This document shows, piece by piece, positions 30,930 to 41,743 of a stretch of DNA of 64,000 bases. Under the pieces are notes generated by a model. The model was not told the DNA's origin. It worked only from the letters and a program-made list of their open reading frames with translations, and did not search any database. The stretch is taken from NCBI GenBank assembly GCA_042408215.1, contig JAYFMW010000003.1:320001-384000 (forward strand), in the 5' to 3' direction. The DNA is from Microcoleus sp. (lineage in GTDB: Bacteria > Cyanobacteriota > Cyanobacteriia > Cyanobacteriales > Microcoleaceae). Numbering within the stretch: position 1 is the first letter of the stretch; the number at the start of each line of letters is the position of its first letter. Both the position numbers and the translations under genes were made by a program.

Positions 30930-33152
30930 ATGAAAATTAGCCAAACCAATTGGAAATACATTTTTTGGCTGGGCCCTCTCCTCATCGCCGCGGGGGTGAC
31001 AGCAAGACTTGTATCCGCAGCATGGGAACCTCTGACAATCGGTCTAGTTATTGCTGGAATAGTGACGATCGCACTTTGGGTATTGTACATCTCCTACGAA
31101 CAAAGTTTTTGGGGGCGACGTTCCACCCAAGCCAGCACAAACGCCCTGATTTCCACCCTAGCCATCTTAGTGATTCTCGGAGTAATTAACTTCCTAGCCT
31201 TTCGCTATCCAACCCGCATCGACTTAACCGAAAGCAAAAAATTTACCCTCGCCCCCCAGACTCAGCAAATATTGCGAAACCTGCAACAGCCAGTCAAAGT
31301 TTGGGTATTTGACCCCACCCAAAACCCCGAAATTAAAGAATTGCTGGAAAGCTACAAACGTGAGGGAGGCGAAAAGTTCAAATTTGAATTTGTTGACCCG
31401 CTAGCCCAACCGGGAAAAGCCAGGGAATTTAGCATTACTAGCATCGGAGAAATTTACCTACAATCAGGTGACAAAAAACAAGTGCTTCAAAAAGGCGGCA
31501 CTGCTTTTGGTAGTGACCCAAATCAAGGGCTTTCGGAAATAAAACTTACCAATGGCTTAGAAGAAATTCTCAGTACGCGCAATCCCACTGTTTACTTTCT
31601 CCAAGGAAAAGGAGAACGCCCACTACAGGAAGGTCAAGGCGGAATTCAGCAAGCTGAAAAATTCCTAAAGGACAAATATTATACCACACAAACGCTGAAT
31701 TTTGCAGAAAGCAAAGAAGTGCCCGAAAATGCAGATGCTTTAATTATTGCTGGGCCGGAAAAACCCTTTTCAGATGCAGAAATTAAAGCAATTAAAGCTT
31801 ATCTCGATCGCGGCGGCAGTTTATTCTTGATGGTAGACCCAGCAGTTAACCTGGGATTGGATAAACTACTACAAGAATGGGGCGTAAAATTAGATACCCG
31901 TTTGGCCATCGATGCTTCGGGTACTGGTCAAAGATTCGGCCTGGGCCCCACAGTTCCTACTGTCAGACTTTACGGCCAACATCCGATTACTCAAAGTTTT
32001 GGTAGTGGCGTTTCATTTTATCCCTTTGCTCGTCCTTTGGAAACGACAAAAGTAGAAGGGATAGAAGCAAAACCACTGATTTGGACAAGTCAGGAAAGTT
32101 GGGCCGAAAGCGATTTGACGACTAAAAAGTTGGAGTTCGATCCCAAGACCGATCGACCAGGCCCGCTATTATTAGGTGTAGCTTTAGTGCGATCGATCAC
32201 TGGGAGTATCCCATCAACTCCTTCCCCCTCCCCAACAACTACACCATCCCCAACTCCTTCCCCCTCCCCAACAACTACACCATCCCCAACAACTACACCC
32301 TCACCAACAACTACTCCGACTCCAATAACAACACCATCCCCAACAACTACTCCGACTCCAATAACAACACCATCCCCAACAACTACTCCGACTCCAATAA
32401 CAACACCATCCCCAACAACTACTCCGACTCCAATAACAACACCATCCCCAACAACTACTCCGACTCCAACAACAACACCATCCCCAACAACTACTCCGAC
32501 TCCAACAACAACACCATCCTCAACAACTACTCCGACTCCAACAACAACACCATCCTCAACAACAACACCATCCCCAATAACAACACCATCCTCAACAACA
32601 ACACCATCCCCAACAACAACACCATCCTCAACAACAACACCATCCCCAATAACACCATCCCCAACAACAACTCCAACTCCATCGCCAACAACATCTCCCA
32701 CAGCTTCCCCCATTAGCTATGAGGTGATTGTCTCCCAAGAAGCTACGCCTCCAATCCCCCCAGAAACTGCGCCAACACCGACAGATTCCCCGACAGTTTC
32801 CCCAGAAACTGCGCCAACACCGACAACATCTCCGAAATTATCCCCCAGTCCAACTTCAACTCCTGCTATCCCTTCAGCGTCAGGGAAATCATCGCGATTG
32901 GTAATAATTGGAACCTCTCAATTTGTTACTAATGGTTGGTTTGACCAACAACTAAATAGCGACGTTTTTCTTAACTCTGTCAGTTGGTTGAGTAAGCCAG
33001 ACCAGCAAAGCTTTTCTATCAGCCCCAAAAAAGTTACCAACCGCCGCATTAATATGACTGTTGTTCAAGTAGGATTGCTGGTTTTAGCTTGGCTAATTTG
33101 GCCTTTACTCGGACTGGGAATTGGCGGCGCTATCTGGTGGAAGAGAAGATAG
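30930..33152 (+). CDS. GldG-family ABC auxiliary protein with a Pro/Thr-rich insert
   Basis: [50 protein letters not shown]- and C-terminal TM helices. Confidence 0.9.
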   Translation: MKISQTNWKYIFWLGPLLIAAGVTARLVSAAWEPLTIGLVIAGIVTIALWVLYISYEQSFWGRRSTQASTNALISTLAILVILGVINFLAFRYPTRIDLTESKKFTLAPQTQQILRNLQQPVKVWVFDPTQNPEIKELLESYKREGGEKFKFEFVDPLAQPGKAREFSITSIGEIYLQSGDKKQVLQKGGTAFGSDPNQGLSEIKLTNGLEEILSTRNPTVYFLQGKGERPLQEGQGGIQQAEKFLKDKYYTTQTLNFAESKEVPENADALIIAGPEKPFSDAEIKAIKAYLDRGGSLFLMVDPAVNLGLDKLLQEWGVKLDTRLAIDASGTGQRFGLGPTVPTVRLYGQHPITQSFGSGVSFYPFARPLETTKVEGIEAKPLIWTSQESWAESDLTTKKLEFDPKTDRPGPLLLGVALVRSITGSIPSTPSPSPTTTPSPTPSPSPTTTPSPTTTPSPTTTPTPITTPSPTTTPTPITTPSPTTTPTPITTPSPTTTPTPITTPSPTTTPTPTTTPSPTTTPTPTTTPSSTTTPTPTTTPSSTTTPSPITTPSSTTTPSPTTTPSSTTTPSPITPSPTTTPTPSPTTSPTASPISYEVIVSQEATPPIPPETAPTPTDSPTVSPETAPTPTTSPKLSPSPTSTPAIPSASGKSSRLVIIGTSQFVTNGWFDQQLNSDVFLNSVSWLSKPDQQSFSISPKKVTNRRINMTVVQVGLLVLAWLIWPLLGLGIGGAIWWKRR
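32210..32710 (+). repeat. Coding Pro/Thr/Ser repeat with 18/36-bp period
   Basis: ACACCATCCCCAACAACTACTCCGACTCCAATAACA encodes [12 protein letters not shown]. Confidence 0.93.
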
Positions 33153-33633
33153 TCATTAGTCATTAGTCATTAGTCATTGGTCATTAGTCATTGGTCATTG
33201 GTCATTAGTCATTGGTCATTAGTCATTGGTCATTGGTCATTAGTCATTGGTCATTAGTCATTGGTCATTGGTCATTAGTTATTTACTAACAATTAGCAAT
33301 TCCCAATTCCCAATTCCCCATTCCCAATTCCCAATTCCCAATTCCCCATTCCCCATTCCCAATTCCCCATTCCCAATTCCCAATTCCCCATTCCCCATTC
33401 CCAATTCCCAATTCCCAATTCCCAATTCCCCATTCCCAATTCCCAATTCCCAATTCCCCATTCCCCATTCCCAATTCCCCATTCCCCATTCCCAATTCCC
33501 AATTCCCAATTCCCAATTCCCCATTCCCCATTCCCCATTCCCAATTCCCAATTCCCCATTCCCAATTCCCAATTCCCCATTCCCCATTCCCAATTCCCCA
33601 TTCCCCATTCCCCATTCCCAATGCCCCATTCCC
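33150..33633. repeat. Heptamer STRR tracts: (TAGTCAT/TGGTCAT)n then (CCCAATT/CCCCATT)n
   Basis: Directly visible. Shorter tracts occur at ~26409, 29044, 35727, 38460 and 39533. Confidence 0.95.
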
Positions 33634-33640
33634 AGTTATT

Positions 33641-34279
33641 ATGAAATTGCAGAAGAATACATTAGTATTGATAGCGGTCGCACTGAGCTTAACTGGGTTG
33701 GTTTCTTTATTCGAGATACAAGTAGCTCCAAAGCAAGAGGCGGCTAAGGAAGAAAAACAGAGAATTTTTACTTTCAAGTCCGATCGCATACAATTCTTTA
33801 CAGTAAAAACTCCTGAAAAGATCTTGACTTTTGAGCGAGTTTATGCTATAAAAGGAGGCGAATCTAGCTGGAAAATGAAAGTGCCAGTACAAGCAGCAGC
33901 AAATCAGGCATCAGTAGATTTTTTGCTCGACAGGTTGGCGACGGGAAAGAGCGATCGCACAATTAATATCACCCCCGCTCAAATGGCGGAATTCGGTCTC
34001 GACAAACCCCAAGCTACCGTAACAGTAAAGCTGGACAATCAGGAAACTCATCGGCTAGTTTTAGGCAAAACAGACTTTAGCGGTCGCTTCTTGTACGCTC
34101 AAGCCAACCCAGCCGAATCGCCTGCTCAAAATTCGTCCCAAAATTTGCCCGTGATTCTGGTACCTTTCGACTTTAAAAATGCCGTCCAGCGACCTTTGTC
34201 CGAGTGGAAAAAAGCAGAAGAACCCAAAACAGACAAAAAGCCAAAACCCTCTCCCACCGCAAGTCCCAGTAACCCATAG
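33641..34279 (+). CDS. DUF4340-like membrane-anchored protein
   Basis: N-terminal TM helix; W....P....[15 protein letters not shown]; follows the gldG-like gene. Confidence 0.75.
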   Translation: MKLQKNTLVLIAVALSLTGLVSLFEIQVAPKQEAAKEEKQRIFTFKSDRIQFFTVKTPEKILTFERVYAIKGGESSWKMKVPVQAAANQASVDFLLDRLATGKSDRTINITPAQMAEFGLDKPQATVTVKLDNQETHRLVLGKTDFSGRFLYAQANPAESPAQNSSQNLPVILVPFDFKNAVQRPLSEWKKAEEPKTDKKPKPSPTASPSNP

Positions 34280-34449
34280 ATTGACCCTAAATAAAATTGG
34301 GTATGGGACGCTGGGCTTTGGAGTTCGATCGGGCTGAGTTCTCAGGTAAAATGTAAAGAACAAAAACTTTAGCTTACACTTTGGAGTAAGTTTAAAGAAA
34401 TTTAAGTAAATTTTTGTGAACTGTAGCAAACCCCCAGGAACGGGCGAAT

Positions 34450-35580
34450 ATGTTTCAGACAGCACTCAACCAAGGTACTACAGCAACGGATACAGCGCTT
34501 GACGTTGAACTCCGCAAGGTCTTTAAGGTATTCAACGGCGAAACCGCAGTTCGCGGAGTTGACCTAGAAATCCATCAGGGAGAATTTTTTAGCATTCTGG
34601 GTCCCAGTGGCTGCGGCAAGACTACGACGCTGCGGTTAATCGCTGGCTTCGAGACTCCCTCGGCGGGCGAATTGATGATTCGTGGTCAGTCGATGACCAA
34701 TACTCCTGCTTACCGCCGTCCGGTAAATACCGTGTTTCAAAGCTATGCTTTGTTCGGGCACATGAATGTTTGGGACAATATCGCTTTTGGATTGCGGATT
34801 AAGAAGTTGGGGAACGCTGAGATTGAAGAACGAGTACGGGAAGTTTTACAACTGGTGAAAATGGAATCTTTCGCCAACAGATTTCCGGGCCAGATGTCGG
34901 GCGGCCAGCAGCAGCGGGTGGCTTTGGCCAGAGCTCTGGTGAATCGACCGGCGGTATTGCTGCTGGATGAACCGCTGGGGGCTCTGGATTTGAAGTTGCG
35001 GAAGCAGATGCAGTTGGAACTGTCGAATTTGCATCAAGAATTGGGGCTGACCTTTGTGATGGTGACTCACGATCAAGAAGAGGCGATGAGTCTTTCTGAC
35101 CGGATTGCGGTGATGAATGAGGGCAGAATTGAGCAAATTGGCTCTCCTGAAGAAATTTATGAGTGTCCGCAGACGGCTTTTGTGGCGGATTTTATTGGGG
35201 ATACGAATTTGTTTGCTGGTAATGTGGAGTCGATCGACCGATCGACCGTAACAGTTCGTACTCCCGCTGGCCTCAAAATAGTCGTGCAACAATCTGATAT
35301 GTGGAACGGGATAACGGGTGACTCTGTAGTGGTTAGTGTACGACCGGAAAAAGTATATTTGAATCTTTACCAGCCGGAAGTGTCGGTCAACTGTTTTGAA
35401 GGGCGGCTCAAAAATATCATGTACATGGGCACCCACGTTCATTACGTGGTTGAGTTGACCACAGGCGATCAAATGACGGTGCGGCAAGCGAATACCGGTG
35501 GCTCTTTCCCAGACCCGCACACGCCGATTTATGCTTACTGGGGAACTACTGATTGTCTCGTTTTGAGCGATCGGGGATAA
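34450..35580 (+). CDS. potA: Spermidine/putrescine ABC transporter ATPase
   Basis: [50 protein letters not shown]. Confidence 0.95.
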   Translation: MFQTALNQGTTATDTALDVELRKVFKVFNGETAVRGVDLEIHQGEFFSILGPSGCGKTTTLRLIAGFETPSAGELMIRGQSMTNTPAYRRPVNTVFQSYALFGHMNVWDNIAFGLRIKKLGNAEIEERVREVLQLVKMESFANRFPGQMSGGQQQRVALARALVNRPAVLLLDEPLGALDLKLRKQMQLELSNLHQELGLTFVMVTHDQEEAMSLSDRIAVMNEGRIEQIGSPEEIYECPQTAFVADFIGDTNLFAGNVESIDRSTVTVRTPAGLKIVVQQSDMWNGITGDSVVVSVRPEKVYLNLYQPEVSVNCFEGRLKNIMYMGTHVHYVVELTTGDQMTVRQANTGGSFPDPHTPIYAYWGTTDCLVLSDRG

Positions 35581-35844
35581 TTGGGAAACGAAGGAAGTTC
35601 GGCAACGGATTTTGTAACGGATGCAACGGATGTAACGGATGTAATGGAAGACCGAAGTTGGAAGAAGCAAGAAGAAATAAAAATAATTCAACCTTTTTCA
35701 ATGCCCAATCCCTCCGCTTCGCTCCGCCCAATTCCCAATTCCCAATTCCCAATTCCCAATTCCCAATTCCCAATTCCCAACCCCCAATTCCCAATCCTCA
35801 ATCCCCCAATCTAAAATCTAAAATCTAAAATCTAAAATCGAACT

Positions 35845-36975
35845 GTGCCTCCGACTAATCTACCAATTTCCAGGATTTCCAGGGCTAATTCTACACGCCG
35901 TCAGTTCCTAAAAAATTCGGCGGCGACAATCTCCGGCTTAGCCCTTTCTAGTTGCGGCTGGCGGCTTGCAGACGTACAATCTGCCCCTCCCGTCAAAGGT
36001 AATGCCGACCAACTTTTCATCTATACTTGGGCTGGCTATACAGACAAAGCTTTGCTCGATCGCTTTGCCGAAAAAACTGGTATCCGCGTCATCGCAGACG
36101 TATTTGACTCCAATGAGGCGATGCTGGCTAGAGTTCAAGCCGGTGGCGGCCGGGCCTATAGCATCATTTACCCGTCTGACTACATGGTGATTCAGATGAA
36201 GGAACTGGGGCTTTTGAGCCAATTAGACCACTCCAGTTTGGGAGGTATCGATCGACTCAAAAAACAGTTCCAAGATCCTGTATACGACCCAGGAAACCGC
36301 TACAGCGTACCTTTGAGTTGGGGAACCACAGGCTTAATTTACAACAGCGAACAGCTCAAAGAAGCCCCGGAAGATTGGGACTATTTGTGGAAACACAAAA
36401 AGGAGCTAACCAGGAGAATGACTCTAGCAAATGATGTTCGAGAAGTGATGGGTGCTGCATTGCGGATGCAGGGCTATTCTCTCAATTCTACGAACCCAGA
36501 GCAAGTCAAAAAGGCTTATGAGAAGTTAGTGGAGTTAAAACCGTCGATCGCATCTTTTACCACAGACGCTTGGCGGCCTCAAATGCTGACGGGAGATTTG
36601 AAGTTAGCTATGTGTTACTCTTCTGATGCTAATGAGGTAATTCCAGATAACGACAAATTGCGCTATGTTGTGCCAAAAAGCGGTTCTTCTCTGTGGACTG
36701 ACACTTTAGTAATTCCTAAAGCTGCTCCCAATCCCGAAGCGGCTTATAAATGGATCAACTTTATGCTGCAAGCGGATGTCGCTGCTTCTTTAGTAGAACG
36801 GCTCAGTTTCTCAACTCCTTCGGAAGATGCTTTTAGTTTATTACCGCCGGAAGTGCGGGCCAACGAAATTCTTTTCCCTTCGGAGGCTACTTTGAAAAAT
36901 TGCGAAGGTGTTGCTCCCGTAGGAAAATTTATAGACGTGTACGATCGCTATTGGACTAAATTAACAAGTGGTTAA
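35845..36975 (+). CDS. potD: Polyamine-binding protein with a Tat/lipoprotein signal
   Basis: TRRQFL, LSSC, YTWAGY, FDSNEAMLA, PSDY, WGTTGLIYN, WTDTLVIPK. Confidence 0.92.
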   Translation: MPPTNLPISRISRANSTRRQFLKNSAATISGLALSSCGWRLADVQSAPPVKGNADQLFIYTWAGYTDKALLDRFAEKTGIRVIADVFDSNEAMLARVQAGGGRAYSIIYPSDYMVIQMKELGLLSQLDHSSLGGIDRLKKQFQDPVYDPGNRYSVPLSWGTTGLIYNSEQLKEAPEDWDYLWKHKKELTRRMTLANDVREVMGAALRMQGYSLNSTNPEQVKKAYEKLVELKPSIASFTTDAWRPQMLTGDLKLAMCYSSDANEVIPDNDKLRYVVPKSGSSLWTDTLVIPKAAPNPEAAYKWINFMLQADVAASLVERLSFSTPSEDAFSLLPPEVRANEILFPSEATLKNCEGVAPVGKFIDVYDRYWTKLTSG

Positions 36976-37000
36976 TCTTAATTTTGTCATAAATTTCATG

Positions 37001-37508
37001 TACATTTCGATTTACCGTGGGTGAGGGCGGGTTTATGAGATTGTTCATTTTAGGCGATGATTGTTGGTGAACCCGCCCCTACATTACATTTCGATTTACC
37101 GTGGGGTGAGGGCGGGTTTATGAGATTGTTCATTTTAGGCGATGATTGTTGGTGAACCCGCCCCTACATTACATTTCGATTTACCGTGGGGTGAGGGCGG
37201 GTTTATGAGATTGTTTATTTTAGGCGATGATTGTTGGTGAACCCGTCCCTACATTACATTTCGATTTACCGTGGGGTGAGGGCGGGTTTATGAGATTGTT
37301 TATTTTAGGCGATGATTGTTGGTGAACCCGCCCCTACATTACATTTCGATTTACCGTGGGGTGAGGGCGGGTTTATGAGATTGTTTATTTTAGGCGATGA
37401 TTGTTGGTGAACCCGCCCCTACATTACATTTTGATTTATCGTGGGGTGAGGGCGGGTTTATGAGATTGTTTATTTTAGGCGATGATTGTTGGTGAACCCG
37501 CCCCTACA
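37001..37508. repeat. Six tandem 85-bp REP-like hairpin units
   Basis: Units start at 37001, 37085, 37170, 37255, 37340 and 37425; each has GGGCGGGTTTA...TGAACCCGCCC arms. Confidence 0.95.
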
Positions 37509-37539
37509 GATCAAAACTCAAAACTCAAAACTATTATTT

Positions 37540-38451
37540 ATGACTGTTTCCACCAAAGCTCCCCCTCCGATTCCTCCCAATTCTCCCTCAAAGGCTGAAA
37601 CTGTTTCTCCTTGGTCATCGTGGGCTGGGCCTCTGGCATTGCTCGGCCCTTCTGGTTTATGGTTAGCCCTATTATTAGTCGTACCAACTATAGTCATTTT
37701 TCAACTGAGTTTGGTGCCGAATATTAAGCCTGGAGATTTGGTGATTCCTTCGGGAATTGCTAATTATCTGCGAGTGTTTGAGCCTCTGAATTTGCAGGTG
37801 ATTGGGCGATCGATCTTTTTCGCAACAGGGACTACCATACTGTGTTTGGTGCTAGGATTTCCCGTAGCTTACTGGATCGCCCTCAATGTCTCGAAAAAGT
37901 GGCGGAATTTAACTTTGTTGGGCTTTGTTTTGCCACTGTGGACTTCTTCGCTGTTGCGATCCTATGCTTGGATTACAATTCTTCGTCCTACGGGGGTTCT
38001 CAACTCTGTGCTGGCACTTGTAGGCATCCCCCCGGTGGAATTGCTCAATCAAAGTTCAGCGGTTTTAATTGGCATGGCTTACAGCTATTTGCCTTATATC
38101 GTGACAATTCTCTATGCTTCTTTGGAAAAATTAGACCGCAGGTTGCTAGAAGCGTCTCAGGATTTGGGGGCGAATTCGGTGGAAACTTTCTGGAAAGTGA
38201 CTGTACCCCAGACGATGCCGGGAATTGCGGCGGGTTCTTTGCTAGTATTTATTAGCTGTTTGGGCGATTTTGTCGATCCAGAGTTGCTGGGCGGCGCTTC
38301 CAGCATGACGGCTGCTCGTTTGATTTACAATCAATTTTTGGGGGCGACTCAGAATTGGGGGCTGGGCTCGGCTTTGAGTATGGTGTTGATTTTTGCAGTG
38401 AGTATTGGAATTGCACTTTTGCTCAAATATGGCGATCGTAATGCAATTTGA
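37540..38451 (+). CDS. potB: Polyamine ABC permease
   Basis: GFPVAYWI, LPLWTSSLLRSYAW, EASQDLGA, NWGLGSALS. Confidence 0.93.
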   Translation: MTVSTKAPPPIPPNSPSKAETVSPWSSWAGPLALLGPSGLWLALLLVVPTIVIFQLSLVPNIKPGDLVIPSGIANYLRVFEPLNLQVIGRSIFFATGTTILCLVLGFPVAYWIALNVSKKWRNLTLLGFVLPLWTSSLLRSYAWITILRPTGVLNSVLALVGIPPVELLNQSSAVLIGMAYSYLPYIVTILYASLEKLDRRLLEASQDLGANSVETFWKVTVPQTMPGIAAGSLLVFISCLGDFVDPELLGGASSMTAARLIYNQFLGATQNWGLGSALSMVLIFAVSIGIALLLKYGDRNAI

Positions 38452-38686
38452 AGAAGTCCGTAGTCAGTAGTCAGTAGTCAGTAGTCATTAGTCAGTAGTC
38501 ATTAGTCAGTAGTCATTAGTCAGTAGTCAGTAGTCAGTAGTCATTAGTCAGTAGTCATTAGTCAGTAGTCAGTAACAAACAACAAACAACCAATAACAAA
38601 TAACAAATAACAAATAACAAATAACAAATAACAATTCCCCATTCCCAATTCCCCATTCCCAATTCCCCATTCCCCATTATCAAGAT

Positions 38687-39535
38687 ATGGAAAATACTAC
38701 CGAGAATCCACAGGAGGAAATACCCGCCGATATGTTGTACTTAAAGCCTAAATTTAAGGTTTCTTGGCAGGTTGTCTTTGCCGTTTTGATGTTTTTCTAT
38801 ATGTACCTGCCCATTCTGGTACTGACATTTTACAGCTTTAATAAATCACGTTTTAGCGCTGGCTGGGAAGGATTTACTTTAGATTGGTACGTTAAATTAT
38901 TTAGCGATAGCCGGATTTTAATTGCGCTGAGAAATAGTTTGACAGTGGCTATCTGTGCAGTTGCAATCTCGGCTGTACTCGGCACTCTGATGGCCGTGGG
39001 TTTGTCCCGCTACCGCTTTCCGGGTAAAAGCTTATATCAGGGAGTTTCCTATTTGCCGATTATTATTCCAGATATTGCCAGTGCTGTTGCGACTCTGGTA
39101 TTTTTAGCAGCCCTGGCTATTCCGCTCAGTTTATGGACAATTGTAGCGGCTCACATTGTGTTTTGTTTGGCTTATATTGCCCTAGCTGTTTCTACTAGAT
39201 TAGCAGACCTAAATCCGTCTTTAGAAGAAGCTGCTTTAGATTTGGGAGCTACACCAGTAGAGGCTTTTATTCAGGTTTTATTACCTCAATTATTACCTGG
39301 CATTGTTTCGGGTTGTCTCCTGTCTTTTGTCCTCAGCATGGACGATTTTTTGATTGCCAGTTTTACCGCAGGTAGCGGAACTACAACTCTACCGATGGAA
39401 ATTTTTAGCCGCATTCGGACTGGGGTGAAACCTGATATTAATGCTCTGAGTGTGCTGTTAATGGTAGGTTCGGGAGGATTGGCGTTTGCAGCGGAATATT
39501 TGCGCGGCCGCAGCGACCAAAAAAGGGCTAATTAG
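38687..39535 (+). CDS. potC: Polyamine ABC permease
   Basis: YLPILVLTFYSFN, GFTLDWY, EEAALDLGA, LSMDDF, PDINALS. Confidence 0.93.
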   Translation: MENTTENPQEEIPADMLYLKPKFKVSWQVVFAVLMFFYMYLPILVLTFYSFNKSRFSAGWEGFTLDWYVKLFSDSRILIALRNSLTVAICAVAISAVLGTLMAVGLSRYRFPGKSLYQGVSYLPIIIPDIASAVATLVFLAALAIPLSLWTIVAAHIVFCLAYIALAVSTRLADLNPSLEEAALDLGATPVEAFIQVLLPQLLPGIVSGCLLSFVLSMDDFLIASFTAGSGTTTLPMEIFSRIRTGVKPDINALSVLLMVGSGGLAFAAEYLRGRSDQKRAN

Positions 39536-39666
39536 TCATTAGTCATTAGTCATTAGTCATTAGTCATTGGTTATTTGTTATTGGTGAGGGTATACCAAGA
39601 ACCGATAACAAGTAACCAGCAACCAATGCCCTAGGCCCCATGCCCTAGGCCCCATGCCCCATGTCG

Positions 39667-40482
39667 CTATTGTTCTACAAGTTTCACTTTGGTGGCCAAA
39701 CCGAGTGCTTGCAGCACTTGAATTGTTATCCAAGTTGTGTCAATTTCCCACCATGTCATACCGTGACGGGCAGAGTATTGATAAGCATGGTGGTTATTGT
39801 GCCAGCCTTCGCCATAAGTTAATACAGCAACCCACCAACAGTTAGTAGAAGAATCTTTTGTTTCGTAGGTGCGGTAGCCAAATTTGTGAGTGGCGCTGTT
39901 AACAAACCATGTGCAGTGGTATACCACAACTAAGCGTACAAAAATTACCCAAACTACAAAAGGCCAACCTGCTGCTAAGTAGAGCAAGACACCAAAGGCG
40001 ATTTGAATTGGCAGAAAGTAATTTTGCAAAAACTGATAAAATGGGTCGCTTGAAATGTCTTTTGTGCAGCGGGGAATTTCATCGTGGGCGGGGCCTTTAT
40101 AAAACATCCAGCCCATGTGACTCCACCAAAAACCCTGCTGGGCATTGTGAGGGTCGAGTGCGCTTTCGTCGGAGTGGCTGTGGTGTAAGCGGTGCAATCC
40201 AACCCAATGAATTACTCCTCCTTGACAAGCAAGAGCGCCGCAGAAAACTAGGAAATATTCTAGCCATTTGGGTGTCTCAAAGCTGCGGTGGGTGAGCAGG
40301 CGATGCCATCCCAGAGTTATTCCTAAACCGCCTGTTATCCAGTGCATGAATACTGTTAAACCAACGGCTGTCCAGTTGAAGTTAGCAGGAAGTAAGGCGA
40401 ACAAAGCGCCGATGTGAACTCCGGCTAAAGCAATAATGTGTGCCCAATTGTATTGGAGTTTGTCTTGCGTTGCTATTGTCAT
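39667..40482 (-). CDS. desC: Delta-9 acyl-lipid desaturase, paralogue 2
   Basis: His boxes HRLLTH, HRLHH and GEGWHNNHH. Confidence 0.92.
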   Translation of the reverse strand: MTIATQDKLQYNWAHIIALAGVHIGALFALLPANFNWTAVGLTVFMHWITGGLGITLGWHRLLTHRSFETPKWLEYFLVFCGALACQGGVIHWVGLHRLHHSHSDESALDPHNAQQGFWWSHMGWMFYKGPAHDEIPRCTKDISSDPFYQFLQNYFLPIQIAFGVLLYLAAGWPFVVWVIFVRLVVVYHCTWFVNSATHKFGYRTYETKDSSTNCWWVAVLTYGEGWHNNHHAYQYSARHGMTWWEIDTTWITIQVLQALGLATKVKLVEQ

Positions 40483-40859
40483 GCGGTTTTAGATTTGAGG
40501 TTTTAAATTGAGTAAAATTCATATAAACTAGGTTAGATAGAGGTAAATAAACCCAAGCTAATCAAACATGAATTATGAAAGGCTATACCTGAAAAGCTAT
40601 AGATGAGGAATCCAGAGTATGTATTGTTGAAAGTTTTTGAAATTTACAAAATTCATCAGGTGAAAAACCTAATTGTTGGGATTCAATATCTATGCAATAT
40701 CTATGATAGTACATTCTGCTCCTGATTGGTGGGAGCGGGATGCGGATTTTTGCTGGATTTTATTCAGGCTAACCAATGTTGAAGAAATTAGATCGAAAAT
40801 AGGTTATTAGCCGTCAGTGTAAAACTAATGACTAATAACCTGTTACCTACGATCGCCAG

Positions 40860-41681
40860 TTACTTTTCTGCTATATCTGCTAATTTGACTTTGGTTGCCA
40901 AACCCAGTGTTTGCAGCAGTTGAATTGTCATCCAGGTGAAGTCGATTTCCCACCATTGGAGGCCGTGGCGAGCCGAGTATTGAAAGGCGTGGTGGTTATT
41001 GTGCCAGCCTTCGCCATAAGTCAGGACAGCAACCCACCAGCAGTTGGTGGAGCGATCGCCCGACTCATAGGTGCGATACCCGAATTTGTGGGTAGCGCTG
41101 TTCACCAGCCAAGTGCAGTGGAAAACCACTACAATCCGCATAAACACGCCCCAAACCACGAAGGACCAGCCGCCTAATAAATAGAGCAAGACACCGAAGA
41201 CTACTTGGATGGGGATAAAATATGCTTGGAGAAACTTGTATACTGGGTCGTCGCCAATGTCTTTTGTAAAGCGCGGGATTTCAACTCTGATCGGGAGATC
41301 CGAGAGCATCCAGCCCATGTGGCTCCACCAAAAGCCTTGATTGGAATCGTGGGGATCTGTTTCGGTGTCGGAATGTATGTGGTGTAACCGGTGCATTCCT
41401 ACCCAGTCTATCGGCCCACCTTCGCAGGAAAGAGTACCGCAAATAACTAGGAAATATTCTAGCCATTTGGGTGTTTGAAAACTGCGGTGGGTAACGAGAC
41501 GGTGATATCCGAGAGTAATTCCTAAACCGCCTGTTACCCAGTGGAGGAATACTGCTAGCCCGACCGCAGACCAGCTAAAATTAGCGGGGAGGAGAGCAAA
41601 TAAAGCGCCGATATGCAGAAAGGCCATAAAGCCTACGACAGGCCAATCAGGAGAAGTTTTTTTTGAAGTTGCGATCGTCAT
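40860..41681 (-). CDS. desC: Delta-9 acyl-lipid desaturase, paralogue 1
   Basis: His boxes HRLVTH, HRLHH and GEGWHNNHH; start MTIATSKK. Confidence 0.94.
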   Translation of the reverse strand: MTIATSKKTSPDWPVVGFMAFLHIGALFALLPANFSWSAVGLAVFLHWVTGGLGITLGYHRLVTHRSFQTPKWLEYFLVICGTLSCEGGPIDWVGMHRLHHIHSDTETDPHDSNQGFWWSHMGWMLSDLPIRVEIPRFTKDIGDDPVYKFLQAYFIPIQVVFGVLLYLLGGWSFVVWGVFMRIVVVFHCTWLVNSATHKFGYRTYESGDRSTNCWWVAVLTYGEGWHNNHHAFQYSARHGLQWWEIDFTWMTIQLLQTLGLATKVKLADIAEK

Positions 41682-41743
41682 GAAGATATTAGGTTTACAA
41701 ACTAAGCGCCGCATCTACGTCATAATAAACATCGCGCACGCAA

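Noticed and set aside
33247..33789. ORFs made of IPNSQF/GNWELG repeats
   Set aside because: These are translations of heptamer STRR tracts; the same holds for 35546-35828.
37001..37508. Possible CRISPR array
   Set aside because: Whole 85-bp units are near-identical, there are no unique spacers, and no cas genes are present. The same applies to the arrays at 1-312, ~16000-16275, 56985-57162 and 63636-64000.
39667..41681. Tandem desC pair as a novelty
   Set aside because: Multiple delta-9 desaturase paralogues are already known in filamentous cyanobacteria.
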